Position numbers and translations under genes: made by a program. DNA of 64,000 nucleotides from Selaginella moellendorffii. Its lineage: Eukaryota > Plantae > Lycopodiophyta. Where the stretch lies: NCBI RefSeq assembly GCF_000143415.4, contig NW_003314279.1, forward strand, positions 336,734 to 400,733. The letters run 5' to 3'. Positions 39,651 to 50,732 of this stretch are shown in pieces. How positions within the stretch are numbered: the stretch's first letter is position 1; each line of letters starts with the position of its first letter. Below the pieces are notes generated by a model that worked only from the letters and a program-made list of their open reading frames with translations, was not told the DNA's origin and did no database searches.

Positions 39651-40368
39651 TCTCTCACGGCACTGTAAACCCTAGGGAATGGGCGGGAAAATGGAATCGT
39701 GCCGGTGAAGCTCCGGCCGGCCGCGTGGATCGGGAACGCCATCATAGCCGTCCACGATACCCTGCGCTTCTCCTATTGCAAAGAATTAAAAACAAATGAA
39801 TTAGTTACTAATAATAATATAATTGCCTTTTTTTCTAGGTTTGCTATGCATATTATATATTTTTAATATGATATCTATGATATTTTGTGCTCTACAAATT
39901 TAGATTCTTATATCAAATGTTATGATACATTAGTAAGGTTTAAACTTTGGGTGTGATAGATTTTAGTGTGTAAAGTGGATTTTGAGTGCCTATCACAATA
40001 AGCTTAACCATAATAAACCAAGTGTAACAAATTAATGCAATGTTAAAAATTTGTATATGTGATTAAAAATGTGAGAAACATCTTATCACAATTATAACAT
40101 TATTCACTTGTTCGTAGAAAAACCACCACTCTTCATATCTCAAATAACAAAAAATGAATTTACATTTGCTTAATCAATTGTGGCTAATTGATTTCTATTT
40201 ATGGAATATAATGTATGGAATATAAAAAGAGATTACAAAAAATGTGTATATCAATTAGCCCAAAAACCTTAGTTATATATAGGGGATTGAAATCAATTTG
40301 ATGGCTACCAAAATCCCACTAAACTAATATTAGTATACGGTATCGTAGTTGTATACTTAGACCTCACA

Positions 40369-41650
40369 TCATCCCCTCCTCTCGGAATGATGGAAGACCA
40401 TCAAGATTCTCTCCTGGATAAATTAAGATCTGGAAGAATATCAGGAGGAGGCATTGGTGGATCTATACGTGGTGCCAATTGTTCATGATCCTTTTGTATG
40501 AAATGTTTCAGCCACTGCATATACATAATTTTTAGAGGACCGTTATGTCGAACCTCATAAGCTTGTGGTCCAACTTGTTGCAACACCCAATATAAACCTT
40601 TCCACTGAGCAAAAAGCCATTTAGATAAACCATGTACCATAAGATAGGGAAACAAACTAACACCAAGTTATCCACTTTATACTTCACAATTGGAAGATTA
40701 TGGGAGTTATAGTGCTATCATTGTCCTATTTGTACATAGCTCAGGTGTTCGATAGAATTTACTCAAATAAGTGGAAGAATATTTATCAAATACTAATCCC
40801 ATGACCTACCATCGGTAGTTTGCAGCAATTGCGAAGGTAAACCTAATTCCGTTGGCAATATTGGATCATGACCATATAAGAGTTTATATGGTGAAGCACT
40901 AACAAAACTTTACACCCCTGTGATATATGCATACTATAGAAATGGCAAATAACCATCCCAATTCGAATGTTGAAAGTTCACGTACTTCACAATTATCCAT
41001 TTGAAGGTCTAAACAAGTTATTCCATCAAACCATCTAACTGTGGATGATAAGCACTTGTGAAAGTGTAGTGTATCCCCAATTGAAACTTCAAAATATGAA
41101 ATGTCTCAACCATAAATGCAGGACCATTATTTGAAAAAATCCATTCTGGATAAGAATGTTAGAACACTACTCAATTGAGGAGGAAGTATCTAATAGTAGT
41201 TGCAAACACGCTAGCAAGAGCATTGACTTCCACTCAATAAATTAAGTAGTCAAAAACAATAATGATATACTCATTGCCAACAATCGATCATGGAAAAGGT
41301 CCTATCAAATAAAATGCGACAAACTTAAACGGATGGGAAATTAAAATTAACTCCAACCGTCCTTCTATAGCATAAGGGAGAGTATTATGAGTTTGGCACC
41401 AAACGCAACGATGCACATACCAGATAACATCACATTGCATCTTCGGCCAATAAAAAGACACGTGCAATTTCTCAGTCACATGACAATATCTCATATGCCC
41501 ATCTAAAATAGAAGAATCATGGTAGACATAGAAAAAACATGGAATAAAGATTGAAGGCACCACCAGTCATAAATGATTATTAGGATCTATCCCCATAAAA
41601 TAAAAAAAACCATTATCAAGGCGGTATTGTAAAATGACAAATTATTTACA
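40369..41650 (-). mobile_element. Decayed Ty3/gypsy integrase remnant with a polypurine tract
   Basis: H..GH..YWPKM..DV..YV.RC..CQ zinc-binding region, LIGPFP, TSAYHPQLDG and WDGYLPF; minus-strand GAGAGGAGGGGATGA followed by TGT at 40368. Confidence 0.8.
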
Positions 41651-41917
41651 AGTGATGTAAGATTCTTAAACCCATCACAAAACTTTCAAATTCACGGCTC
41701 AATCTTTTGAGCTTCACAAACCTCGTTAAGAGCAAGTAAATCCTGCTTTGCACCTTATGGACATTGAATGTCAAGTATAACAATTGCCGACAGCACGAAA
41801 TTATAAGTAATTAAATTTTCCATTTTACTTTAGTCATTTAACCACACTTTCAACCACTTGGAGGTGTTTAGCTTACAACCTCTATAAATCCTATTCCCAA
41901 CTTAGGGACTTGCTAGC

Positions 41918-43066
41918 TGTAGCACACGTGGTTTTGACCCTTTATCTTATGGTAGGATAACACCATGAAGTGGAACCTAAACCCTCTATGTGCCATGTGT
42001 CATATGCCACATGTCACATACCACATGTCCATAGGACAATGGTATGGAACCCGAGGTTCAGAGCCTTGGGCCACTAAATGAAGGAACAATGCCAAATTCC
42101 TAAGCATAGAGCCAAGGAGTGATAGAACCGGACCACAGAGCAATTTCCAAGCATATAGCCCAAAGAGTGAAGGAACAAGAGCTTGGAGTGACTTGGAACA
42201 GTCCTAAAGCAACTAGCATCCTATTGCCATGACCAATATGCAAAACGGAGCCAAAAAGAGTCTGGAACTATTTCGGCATACTGGTGGCCTAACGTAAGGA
42301 CATGGGTACTCCACTAGCTAGCATGGAATGGAGTGTTGGCCTTAGACCCAAGCCAAATGCAGAACAAGGACAGGCATGCAAGTGGGAGCTATACTATGCC
42401 TTAGGTTGGTCGGCCATGCCCAACCTACCCATTATCTGTACTATACATTTGGAACCCTCCATAGGCCCCCCCCCCCCCCCCGCCCCGCGGAGGAACACAC
42501 GCTTTGGGCTTTCACCCCAAGCTTCCCTTAGTATTAGGAGTTAGTCTCTAGGACAAGCTCGAAACTTACTAAATATGGAATGTCTTTAGATTGTGAATTC
42601 GGACATGAAACGAATACCATTGTGTTTAGGACAATCTATACATTCCGTAGATATGCCAAATGAGCAAATTTGGATATTTTCCATAAATAGCATTTGGGAC
42701 CAAAATGAGACTAACACAAAGGGCATGATAGCAAGGGTGTTCAGCAGACATGGTAAGCTATTATTTAGTGAATATTCAGAGACCAAGCTCAATATCATGG
42801 GAGTTCTCAACACTAGCAAGTGCAAGTCAACAAATGAATTTGTCTAACCAGGTCAAATATGCTTGACTAAATAGACACTTAGGAATTCCTTCTTTATGCT
42901 CATCTAGTCAAGTACACATGTGAAGACCAGTTTCTCAACTAACTTAGGCGGAGACTGATAACGAGTCTAGCAATACCAACCTCCTACCGTCGTGGTAGTA
43001 AGGAAAGAGTGTTCGTAAGGACTGGCTGATAGATAACTTTCGATACCCAAAGTCATATTCACGACA
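41918..43066 (-). repeat. 3' LTR of the outer element
   Basis: Direct-repeat match to 57993-59117; TG/CA termini; adjacent PPT. Confidence 0.9.
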
Positions 43067-43211
43067 CTCTCCCCCCCTAGGAAAGTTTGATGTCCTTGTC
43101 GATGCATACTCGAGTCTAGAATACCGCCAAGGAAACAACTCCAGAAAAAGTTCATGGTATTCACACTATATGAAAAATGCACCAACTTAAATGAGTTAGG
43201 AGGCAACTTCT

Positions 43212-44358
43212 TGTAAGGAACCAACTCGCCGAGGTGTCGTAGGCTAAAGGAACCCTGAAAGCATGACCAAAATGACAAAGAGTTCATTGGATGGGACCAA
43301 GTCGAAGGTCGAGTCTAAGACCGACTCTAGGACCGAGTTCGAGATAGAGTCCGGAATCGAGTCTGAGACCGACTCGGGGATCGAGTTCGAGTCCGAGTTC
43401 GAGACCGAGTTCGAGGCGAAGTCCGAGATCCGAAATCGGGTTCGAGACCGAGTCCGAGGTCGAGTCCGAGGTCGGCTCCGAGATCGGGTCCGAGATCGAG
43501 TCCGAGATCGAGTCCAAGACCAAATCCGAAGTCGGATCCGAAATCGGGTTCGAGATCGAGCCAGAGACTAAGTCCAAATACTAATACGGGTCAAGGGGTG
43601 AAAGCCCAAAGCGTGCGTCCCCCAGGGGGGGGGGCTGCAGGGGGTTCCAAAAGTATAGTAGGGATAGTGAGGTCCAGGAACCAATTTTGAAGGGACTCTC
43701 CAGTGGAGCTCCCAAACCGACTTGAGGTTGAGACTGGGACCAAGGGGCCTTGGGTGGGAGTGAGCATGGACTTGGCTGGTGCCGGAGGGGCCATCCAAGG
43801 AAGTGCTCAAGAGCAGCTCCCACTCCCGAAAGGGAAACCGATTGCGGTGCTCCCGGCTCATGTGGAGTGGTGCCCCACTTGAGTACCATGCGGCTCATTG
43901 GTCCTCGCCCTTCCTAGGGGCTTGGGCCTTCCTTTGGGATGGAAGTGGGGGGGTAGAGGTACCCATACCGGGCCGCTAGGCCATGGTGTTTCGCCCCGGC
44001 GTCCTGAAGCAAGTGTTGCACTCAAGACTTGGGATTTAGAGGGTCCCATGATCAAGTCTTGTGGTACCAAGGGATGTTAGGAACCTGGAAGCTTGGTGTG
44101 CTTGGCTGCTTGTGCTTGCGGGGAGTGTAGCCGAACCTTAAGTCTAGTCTAACCCGGGGAGGGGGATTGGGAGTGAATTGGGAATCCGTGGAAGGATGGC
44201 TAACACTCCGTTGCTCATGCAGTGAGTAGCTGAAACCAAGTAGGAGCTGGTACCATAGGCGAGAACCTTAGCAAGGGAACTTAGCAAAAGCCAAGGCAGT
44301 GTTGGACGGATAGACGAGGTAAGCTGGCAAATTGGAAAGGAAAAATTTGTGGCTTACA
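43212..44358 (+). repeat. 5' LTR of the chromovirus, containing a GAGTCC/GAGATC-type hexamer tract
   Basis: Matches 49590-50732 with scattered SNPs and small indels. Confidence 0.95.
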
Positions 44359-44417
44359 ATTTGGTATCGGAGCCTTTTTCTCAGTTCTAGCGAAGGATAG
44401 AGGCGGATTGCTGGGAG

Positions 44418-47400
44418 ATGGCAAAGGCAGGGCGTAAGCGAACCAAGGCAAAGACGGAACCTCCGCCCGAGCTGGAGCCTCCGGTCGAACAAGAGGCTAT
44501 GGATGAGGAATCCTTGCATGAGGAGGACTCCAGTGAGGAAACTTCCAAACAGGAGTCCGGTGGCGAGGTGCGGTCGTCCAAGGCTCAATTGGATGTTCTA
44601 GAAGGACAATTGGCACAGACCAATGCCCTGCTGGAGACTCTCGTACACAAGCTAAAGCGTGACGAGAAGCGGAAGAAAAAGCGAAAGACTGCGGATGCTG
44701 GCAGCGCAGAAGGTGCGGACCCTTCGGTAGGGACTGAGGCAGAACCAAACAAGGTCGAACAGACCGAAGTGGAATCAGTCCCTCATGCAGTTCCCAAGTA
44801 CAAACCAAAGCCCCCACCGGTCTTCAAGGGAGTGAATGACTATAAGGTGGTGGAGGATTGGTTTTACGATATGGAAGACTACTTCCGAGCGTTGCGGTTA
44901 CCAAGCTCGGAGAAGGTCCCATGTGCAAAACCATACTTGGCAGATAATGCCAAGTCTTGGTGGAGAACAACGGAGGCCAATGAAGGACCGGTGGTCACCT
45001 GGGACATGATGAAGGCGAGGATCCGCGCAACATATGTTCCTCCGAATGCCACTCTGCATCTTAGAGATGAGTTGAGTAGGCTGAAGCAGACTGGAACTAT
45101 CCAGGAATATGTGAATGGGTTCATGGCAAAGAGGATACTTGTCATGGACATGGGGGATATGGATGCGTTCCATGCCTTCATATCAGGTTTGCAAACCTGG
45201 GCTCGCGGTGAGGTAATGCGCTGGAACCCGACCAACTACAAGGAAGCGTTGGATGCGGCCATCAAGGTGCATTTCAACGATAACCTGCAAAAGGGGAACA
45301 CGACGGGGTCGAGATCCACGTTTAGCAAAGGGGCCAAACCAAGGGGAACGTATAGCAGGGGGAAATTCAAGAAGAATTTCTCTAAGAATAAGTCCTCGGG
45401 GTTCCGGAAAGGCAAATCCGGTGGCCAGCGAGCGAGTATGTGGGGGAGTCAAGCGAAAAGGGACAAACCCACGGACAAGAAGGTCAAGTCATATAGCAGC
45501 GTGGGAAACAACGTATGCTACAACTGTGGTGAAGCGGGACACTTTTCGAGGGAATGTCCCTACCCGAAGAAGGCCAGAGCCAATATGGCCATCAAGTCGG
45601 GTGAAGTCCAAACTGAGGTATGTGATCCAGTCCCTAACTCAAAGTTACTCATTACACGAGCAACTTTGGTAGAGAGTCGTTCGCGACATCTACTAGCCCT
45701 CCGAGGGAAGCTTGGAGGTAGCTTTGTTAAGATCCTTATTGACACGGGTGCTTCGGATAATTTTGTGGCTGCAGACATAGTCCGGCAAGCCGGACTAACG
45801 GTGCAGCGGCTAGGCGAACCAAGGACTATAGAGTTTGTTCAAGGTAGCCAAAGCACCGATGAGGTACTTCGACAAGCGAGAGTCGAAGTAGGGACTTGGA
45901 AAGTAGACATGGATTTCACCGTGTTGGACATGGCGGGATTTGACGTGATCTTCGGAATGGATTGGTTCAATCGGTTCGTGGTAGCCCTACATGGACAAGG
46001 TAGGAACCTTGTGGTACTGGCGAATGCCCAAGGAAGAAGATCTAGGGTGGAGGCCCAGGATCTAAAGGTAGGGCAAAGCAAGGCCAAAGAATCTTGCTTA
46101 AACCTGGTGTCCACGAGAGAACAGCTCACTAAAGGAACTAAGGCAGCCTTTTTGTGCTTACTCTCGGTGAAGAGTGACAAAAAGACAGGAACGGAAGAAG
46201 TACCTTTAGTGATCCAGTGGGTGTTAGACCAATTCCAGGATACCATGCCGGAGGAGCTACCAGCGGGGTTGCCCCCCGCACGACCGATAGAACATAAGAT
46301 TGAGATAATCGAGGGCGCTGAGGCGGTGGTTCGTCCACCCTATCGATTGAATGAAAAAGAACTCGCGGAGCTCAAGCGCCAACTAGAGGAGTTGGTGGAC
46401 AAGGGTTATGTTAGGTTGAGCAAATCACCATATGGGGCGCCGGTGCTATTTGTGAAAAAGAAAGATGGGTCTATGCGCATGTGCATAGACTACCGGTTGC
46501 TCAACAAGTATACCAAGAAGAACAAGTACCCTTTGCCAAGGATTGAGGACCTGTTCGATAGGTTGGGAAAGGCAAAATACTTCTCGAGAATTGACCTAAG
46601 GTCAGGATACTACCAGATCAGGGTAGCGGAGGAAGATGTCGAGAAGACAACCTGTCGAACAAGGTATGGGAGCTTCGAGTTTCTGGTGATGCCCTTCGGG
46701 CTATGCAATGCGCCGGCAACGTTTTCGGCGTTGATGAACCATATCTTTGTACTCTATCTCGATCACTTTGTGGTCGTCTATATTGACGACATCCTGATCT
46801 ATAGCGAAACGCTAGAGGAGTATGCCAAACACTTGACGAAGGTGTTTGAGAAACTAAGGGAACACCAGCTGTATGCTAAAGAGAGCAAATGTGACTTTGC
46901 TCAACAGGAGGTAAAGTTTCTCGGGCATGTGGTGGGCAAGGACGGGCTCAAGGTGGACCCTGAGAAGGTCCAAGCGATCCAGGATTGGGAGCGACCATCG
47001 AATGTACACGAGTTAAGGGCATTCTTGGGGCTATGCAACTACTATCGAAAGTTTATCAGACACTATTCGAGAGTAGCCCTGCCCTTAACGGACCAAATGG
47101 GAAAAGGGAAGATGGTATGGACAGCGGAATGCGAGGCGGCATTCGTCCACCTCAAAGGGAAGTTGAGGAAGGCTCCCGTGTTGGCATTACCAGACTTTGG
47201 TAAGGACTTTGAGGTAGAAACAGATGCTTCAGACTTTGCGTTGGGCGCAGTTTTGAAGCAAGACAACCATCCAGTAGCATTCTTCTCGAAGAAGTTGGAC
47301 AAGGCTCAACGGAAGTGGCCTACCCATGAGAAGGAATTGTTTGCGGTGGTCAAGGCGCTCAAGGAGTGGCGACACTACGTTGGGAGACACTTCAAAGTTT

Positions 47401-49188
47401 ACACGGACAATATGGCAACGAAACACTTCTTGTCACAGCCCGACCTAAGGGGAAAACAAGGTCGGTGGGCCAATGCTTTGGCCGAGTTTGATTGCGAGAT
47501 TCTTTACAAGCCTGGGAAGAGCAACATCGTGGCGGATGCGCTAAGTCGAAAAGTGAGCTTGAAGTTGGCGATATCTAGCGCGACAGCAACCTTTTGGGAT
47601 GATGTGCGGACTGCATACGAGAACGATGGTCTAGCACAAGAAGTGTTGCTGAGGAATCTAGAGGCGCGGGAAGCTCACCAGAGAGGTGAGTTGCCAACGG
47701 AAGAGGAAACGGTCTATGTGGAACGCAACAGACTCATATATTATAAGCAAACGAGGGTGTATGTTCCAGAAGGGGAACTAAGGAAGGTAGCCTTGGAAGA
47801 ATGTCATGACGGACCTCTCGCGGGACACGGCAGAGTGCCCAAGACGATGGGCTTACTCAAAAGGAAGTATCACTGGCCAGATATGGCTAAGGACGTCCAA
47901 GACTATGTAAAGACATGTCCAACATGTCAGCAAGTCAAAGCCGTGACTAAGGCTAGTGGGGGCTTGTTGCAAAGCATCCCCATTCCAGATCGTCCATGGA
48001 AATGTCTCACGATGGACTTCATCACAGGACTACCCCCAAGCGAGGGGTTCGATGCAATATTCGTGGTGGTGGACCGATTTTCGAAGATGGCACATTTCAT
48101 ACCCACCACAACGGAAGTGGATGCGGAAGGTGTGGCGAAGCTCTTCGAACAAGTGGTTCGAGTGCGGGGAAGGCCAGAAGAGATTATCTTAGATCGAGAT
48201 AAGATCTTCACCAGTAGGTTCTGGAGGACACTCCTAGAACAGTATCGCACCAAGTTGAAATTCAGCACAGCCTATCACCCACAGATAGGTAATGGGTATT
48301 AAGTCAAGATTGATGGCACTAACACTTCTTGACAGACGGACAAACGGAAAGGGTGAATAGGCAACTGGAGGATTATTTGCGATGCTATGTCTCAGGAGAC
48401 CAGACCGACTAGGTAAGTCATTTGGGACTTGCGGAAATGTGTTATAACAACTCACCACATTCGAGCATCGGGGTGAGTCCATGGGAAGTCATCAATGGGC
48501 GAGCTATTGAAGGTCCTATGGAACTCGGCGTGGCCGAGTATCATGGAGAGTTACCCGCAGTGGAGGCATTCACGGCGGAAAGACTCAACATTTGGAATCT
48601 AGTGAGAGATTCCTTGGAACGGGCTCAACAAAGGCAAACTAAGTACGCAAACCAAAAGCATCGGGATGTGGAGTTCCAAGCTGGGGAGAAGGTGTGGCAG
48701 AACACCAAGAACCTCAGGCTACCAAGTGGGATCAGCCGGAAGTTGACCCAAAGGTAAAAATGCATGTATTCCTGTAAATGAATTGATCTTGAGTTCCTTA
48801 AGCAGGTTCGCAGGGCCTTACTAGATTGAGGCTCGAATCGGTAAAGTGGTTTACCGTCTCCGACTTCCTCGAGAGATGGGGAAGATGCATCCCGTGTTCC
48901 ATGTGAACTTACTCAATCCGTATTTTGAGGATCCGCTTCGCAAGGACCAAGTAAGACCTTTACCTGAGGTTATCCAAGGGGAGGAGGAATACGAAGTCGA
49001 GGCCATCCTCAATGCGCGCAAGAGCAAGTGACAAGGACGCGAGGTGAGAGAGTTCCATATGAAGTGGAAAGGATTTCCACACTGCGAAGCAACATGGGAA
49101 CCGGAGGAGAACTTAGCGACCGCGCGAGATCTTGTGGAGGAATTTTTGCATGGCAGAACTCTATGTACTTATGCAAAGTTCAATTAAA
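44418..49188 (+). CDS. Gag-Pol polyprotein (Gag, CCHC knuckle, protease, RT, RNase H, integrase, chromodomain). The continuous ORF ends at 48302; the rest is reached via putative introns 48289-48335 and 48754-48805, and this copy has three nonsense codons
   Basis: [37 protein letters not shown] zinc finger, LTMDF, DRD..QTERVN, RFAGPY and [13 protein letters not shown]...TWEPEENL. Confidence 0.92.
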
Positions 49189-49589
49189 AATATCAATTTG
49201 AGAAGTTGAGCAATGGCATATGTTGGGACCCGAAGGCGTGCCGAAGGTATGCTAATTAGCATGGGTTAGCTAGGTCGACCAGGTGTAGGGAACTACGCCC
49301 GACTCCCTGCGGGGATGTCGAATCCGTAGATGTATTCTACGGAGGTTGGGTTCAAGTCCCAACCCCCTAGTAAAGCAAGGCTGGGTTCAAGTCCCGACCC
49401 CATACTAGGGCGTGGTGAGGTGAGGAGTATAGGGACACCTATACTCCGTTGTCATGGGCTCTTGGCCGGGGAGGCTAACTTAGGCACACCGCTAAGTGGG
49501 GGGATGCCCCCGGAGACATGGTCAACAAGTCGTAGGATAAAACGAGACGTTCGATGTGGGCATCAAACTTCTTCTATGGGTGGTGGAGT

Positions 49590-50732
49590 TGTAAGGAACC
49601 AACTCGCCGAGGTGTCGTAGGCTAAAGGAACCCCGAAAGCATGACCAAAATGACAAAGAGTTCATCGGATGGGACCAAGTCGAAGGTCGAGTCTAAGACC
49701 GACTCTAGGACCGAGTTCGAGATAGAGTCCGGAATCGAGTCTGAGACCGACTCGGGGACCGAGTTCGAGTCCGAGTTCGAAACCGAGTTCGAGACGGAGT
49801 CCGAGATCCGAAATCGGGTCCGAGACCGAGTCCGAGGTCGAGTCCGAGGTCGGGTCCGAGATTGGGTCCGAGATCGAGTCCGAGATCGAGTCCGAGACTG
49901 AATCCGAAGTCGGATCCGAAATCGGGTCCGAGATCGAGCCAGAGACTAAGTCCAAATACTAATACGGGTCAAGGGGTGAAAGCCCAAAGCGTGCGTCCCC
50001 CAGGGGGGGGGGGGCTGCAGGGGGTTCCAAAAGTATAGTAGGGATAGTGAGGTCCAGGAACCAGTTTTGAAAGGACTCTCCAGTGGAGCTCCCAAACCGA
50101 CTTGAGGTTGAGACTGGGACCAAGGGGCCTTGGGTGGGAGTGAGCATGGACTTGGCTGGTGCCGGAGGGGCCATCCAAGGAAGTGCTCAAGAGCAGCTCC
50201 CACTCCTGAAAGGGAAACCGATTGCGGTGCTCCCGGCTCATGTGGAGTGGTGCCCCACTTGAGTACCATGCGGCTCATTGGTCCTCGCCCTTCCTAGGGG
50301 CTTGGGCCTTCCTTCGGGATGGAAGTGGGGGGGGGTAGAGGTACCCATACCGGGCCGCTAGGCCACGGTGTTTCGCCCCGGCATCCCGAAGCAAGTGTTG
50401 CATTCAAGACTTGGGATTTAGAGGGTCCCATGATCAAGTCTTGTGGTACCAAGGGATGTTAGGAACCTGGAAGCTTGGTGTGCTTGGCTGCTTGTGCTTG
50501 CGGGGAGTGTAGCCGAACCTTAAGTCCAGGGGAGGGGGATTGGGGAGTGAATTGGGAATCCGTGGAAGGATGGCTAACACTCCGTTGCTCGTGCAGTGAG
50601 TAGTTGAAACCAAGTAGGAGCTGGTACCATAGGCGAGAACCTTGGCAAAGGAACTTAGCAAAAGCCAAGGCAGTGTTGGACGGATAGATGAGGTAAGTTG
50701 GCAAATTGGAAAGGAAAAATTTGTGGCTTACA
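49590..50732 (+). repeat. 3' LTR of the chromovirus
   Basis: Matches 43212-44358 and is followed by TSD CTTCT. Confidence 0.95.

Larger units (their letters stand above)
43212..50732 (+). mobile_element. Full-length Ty3/gypsy chromovirus nested in the outer element
   Basis: LTRs 43212-44358 and 49590-50732 (TGTAAG..CTTACA, near-identical); TSD CTTCT (43207-11 and 50733-37); PBS TGGTATCGGAGC at about 44362; PPT-like GGGTGGTGGAG before 49590. Confidence 0.97.

Noticed and set aside
43263-43577. ES/RD-repeat ORFs in the LTRs (also 49641-49955)
   Set aside because: By-products of a stop-free hexamer tract, open on both strands, with no domain.
48410-48418. TAG|GTAAGT as a third integrase intron donor
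   Set aside because: The protein continues collinearly (D-W-V-S-H-L) if TAG is read as mutated TGG; no inserted sequence.
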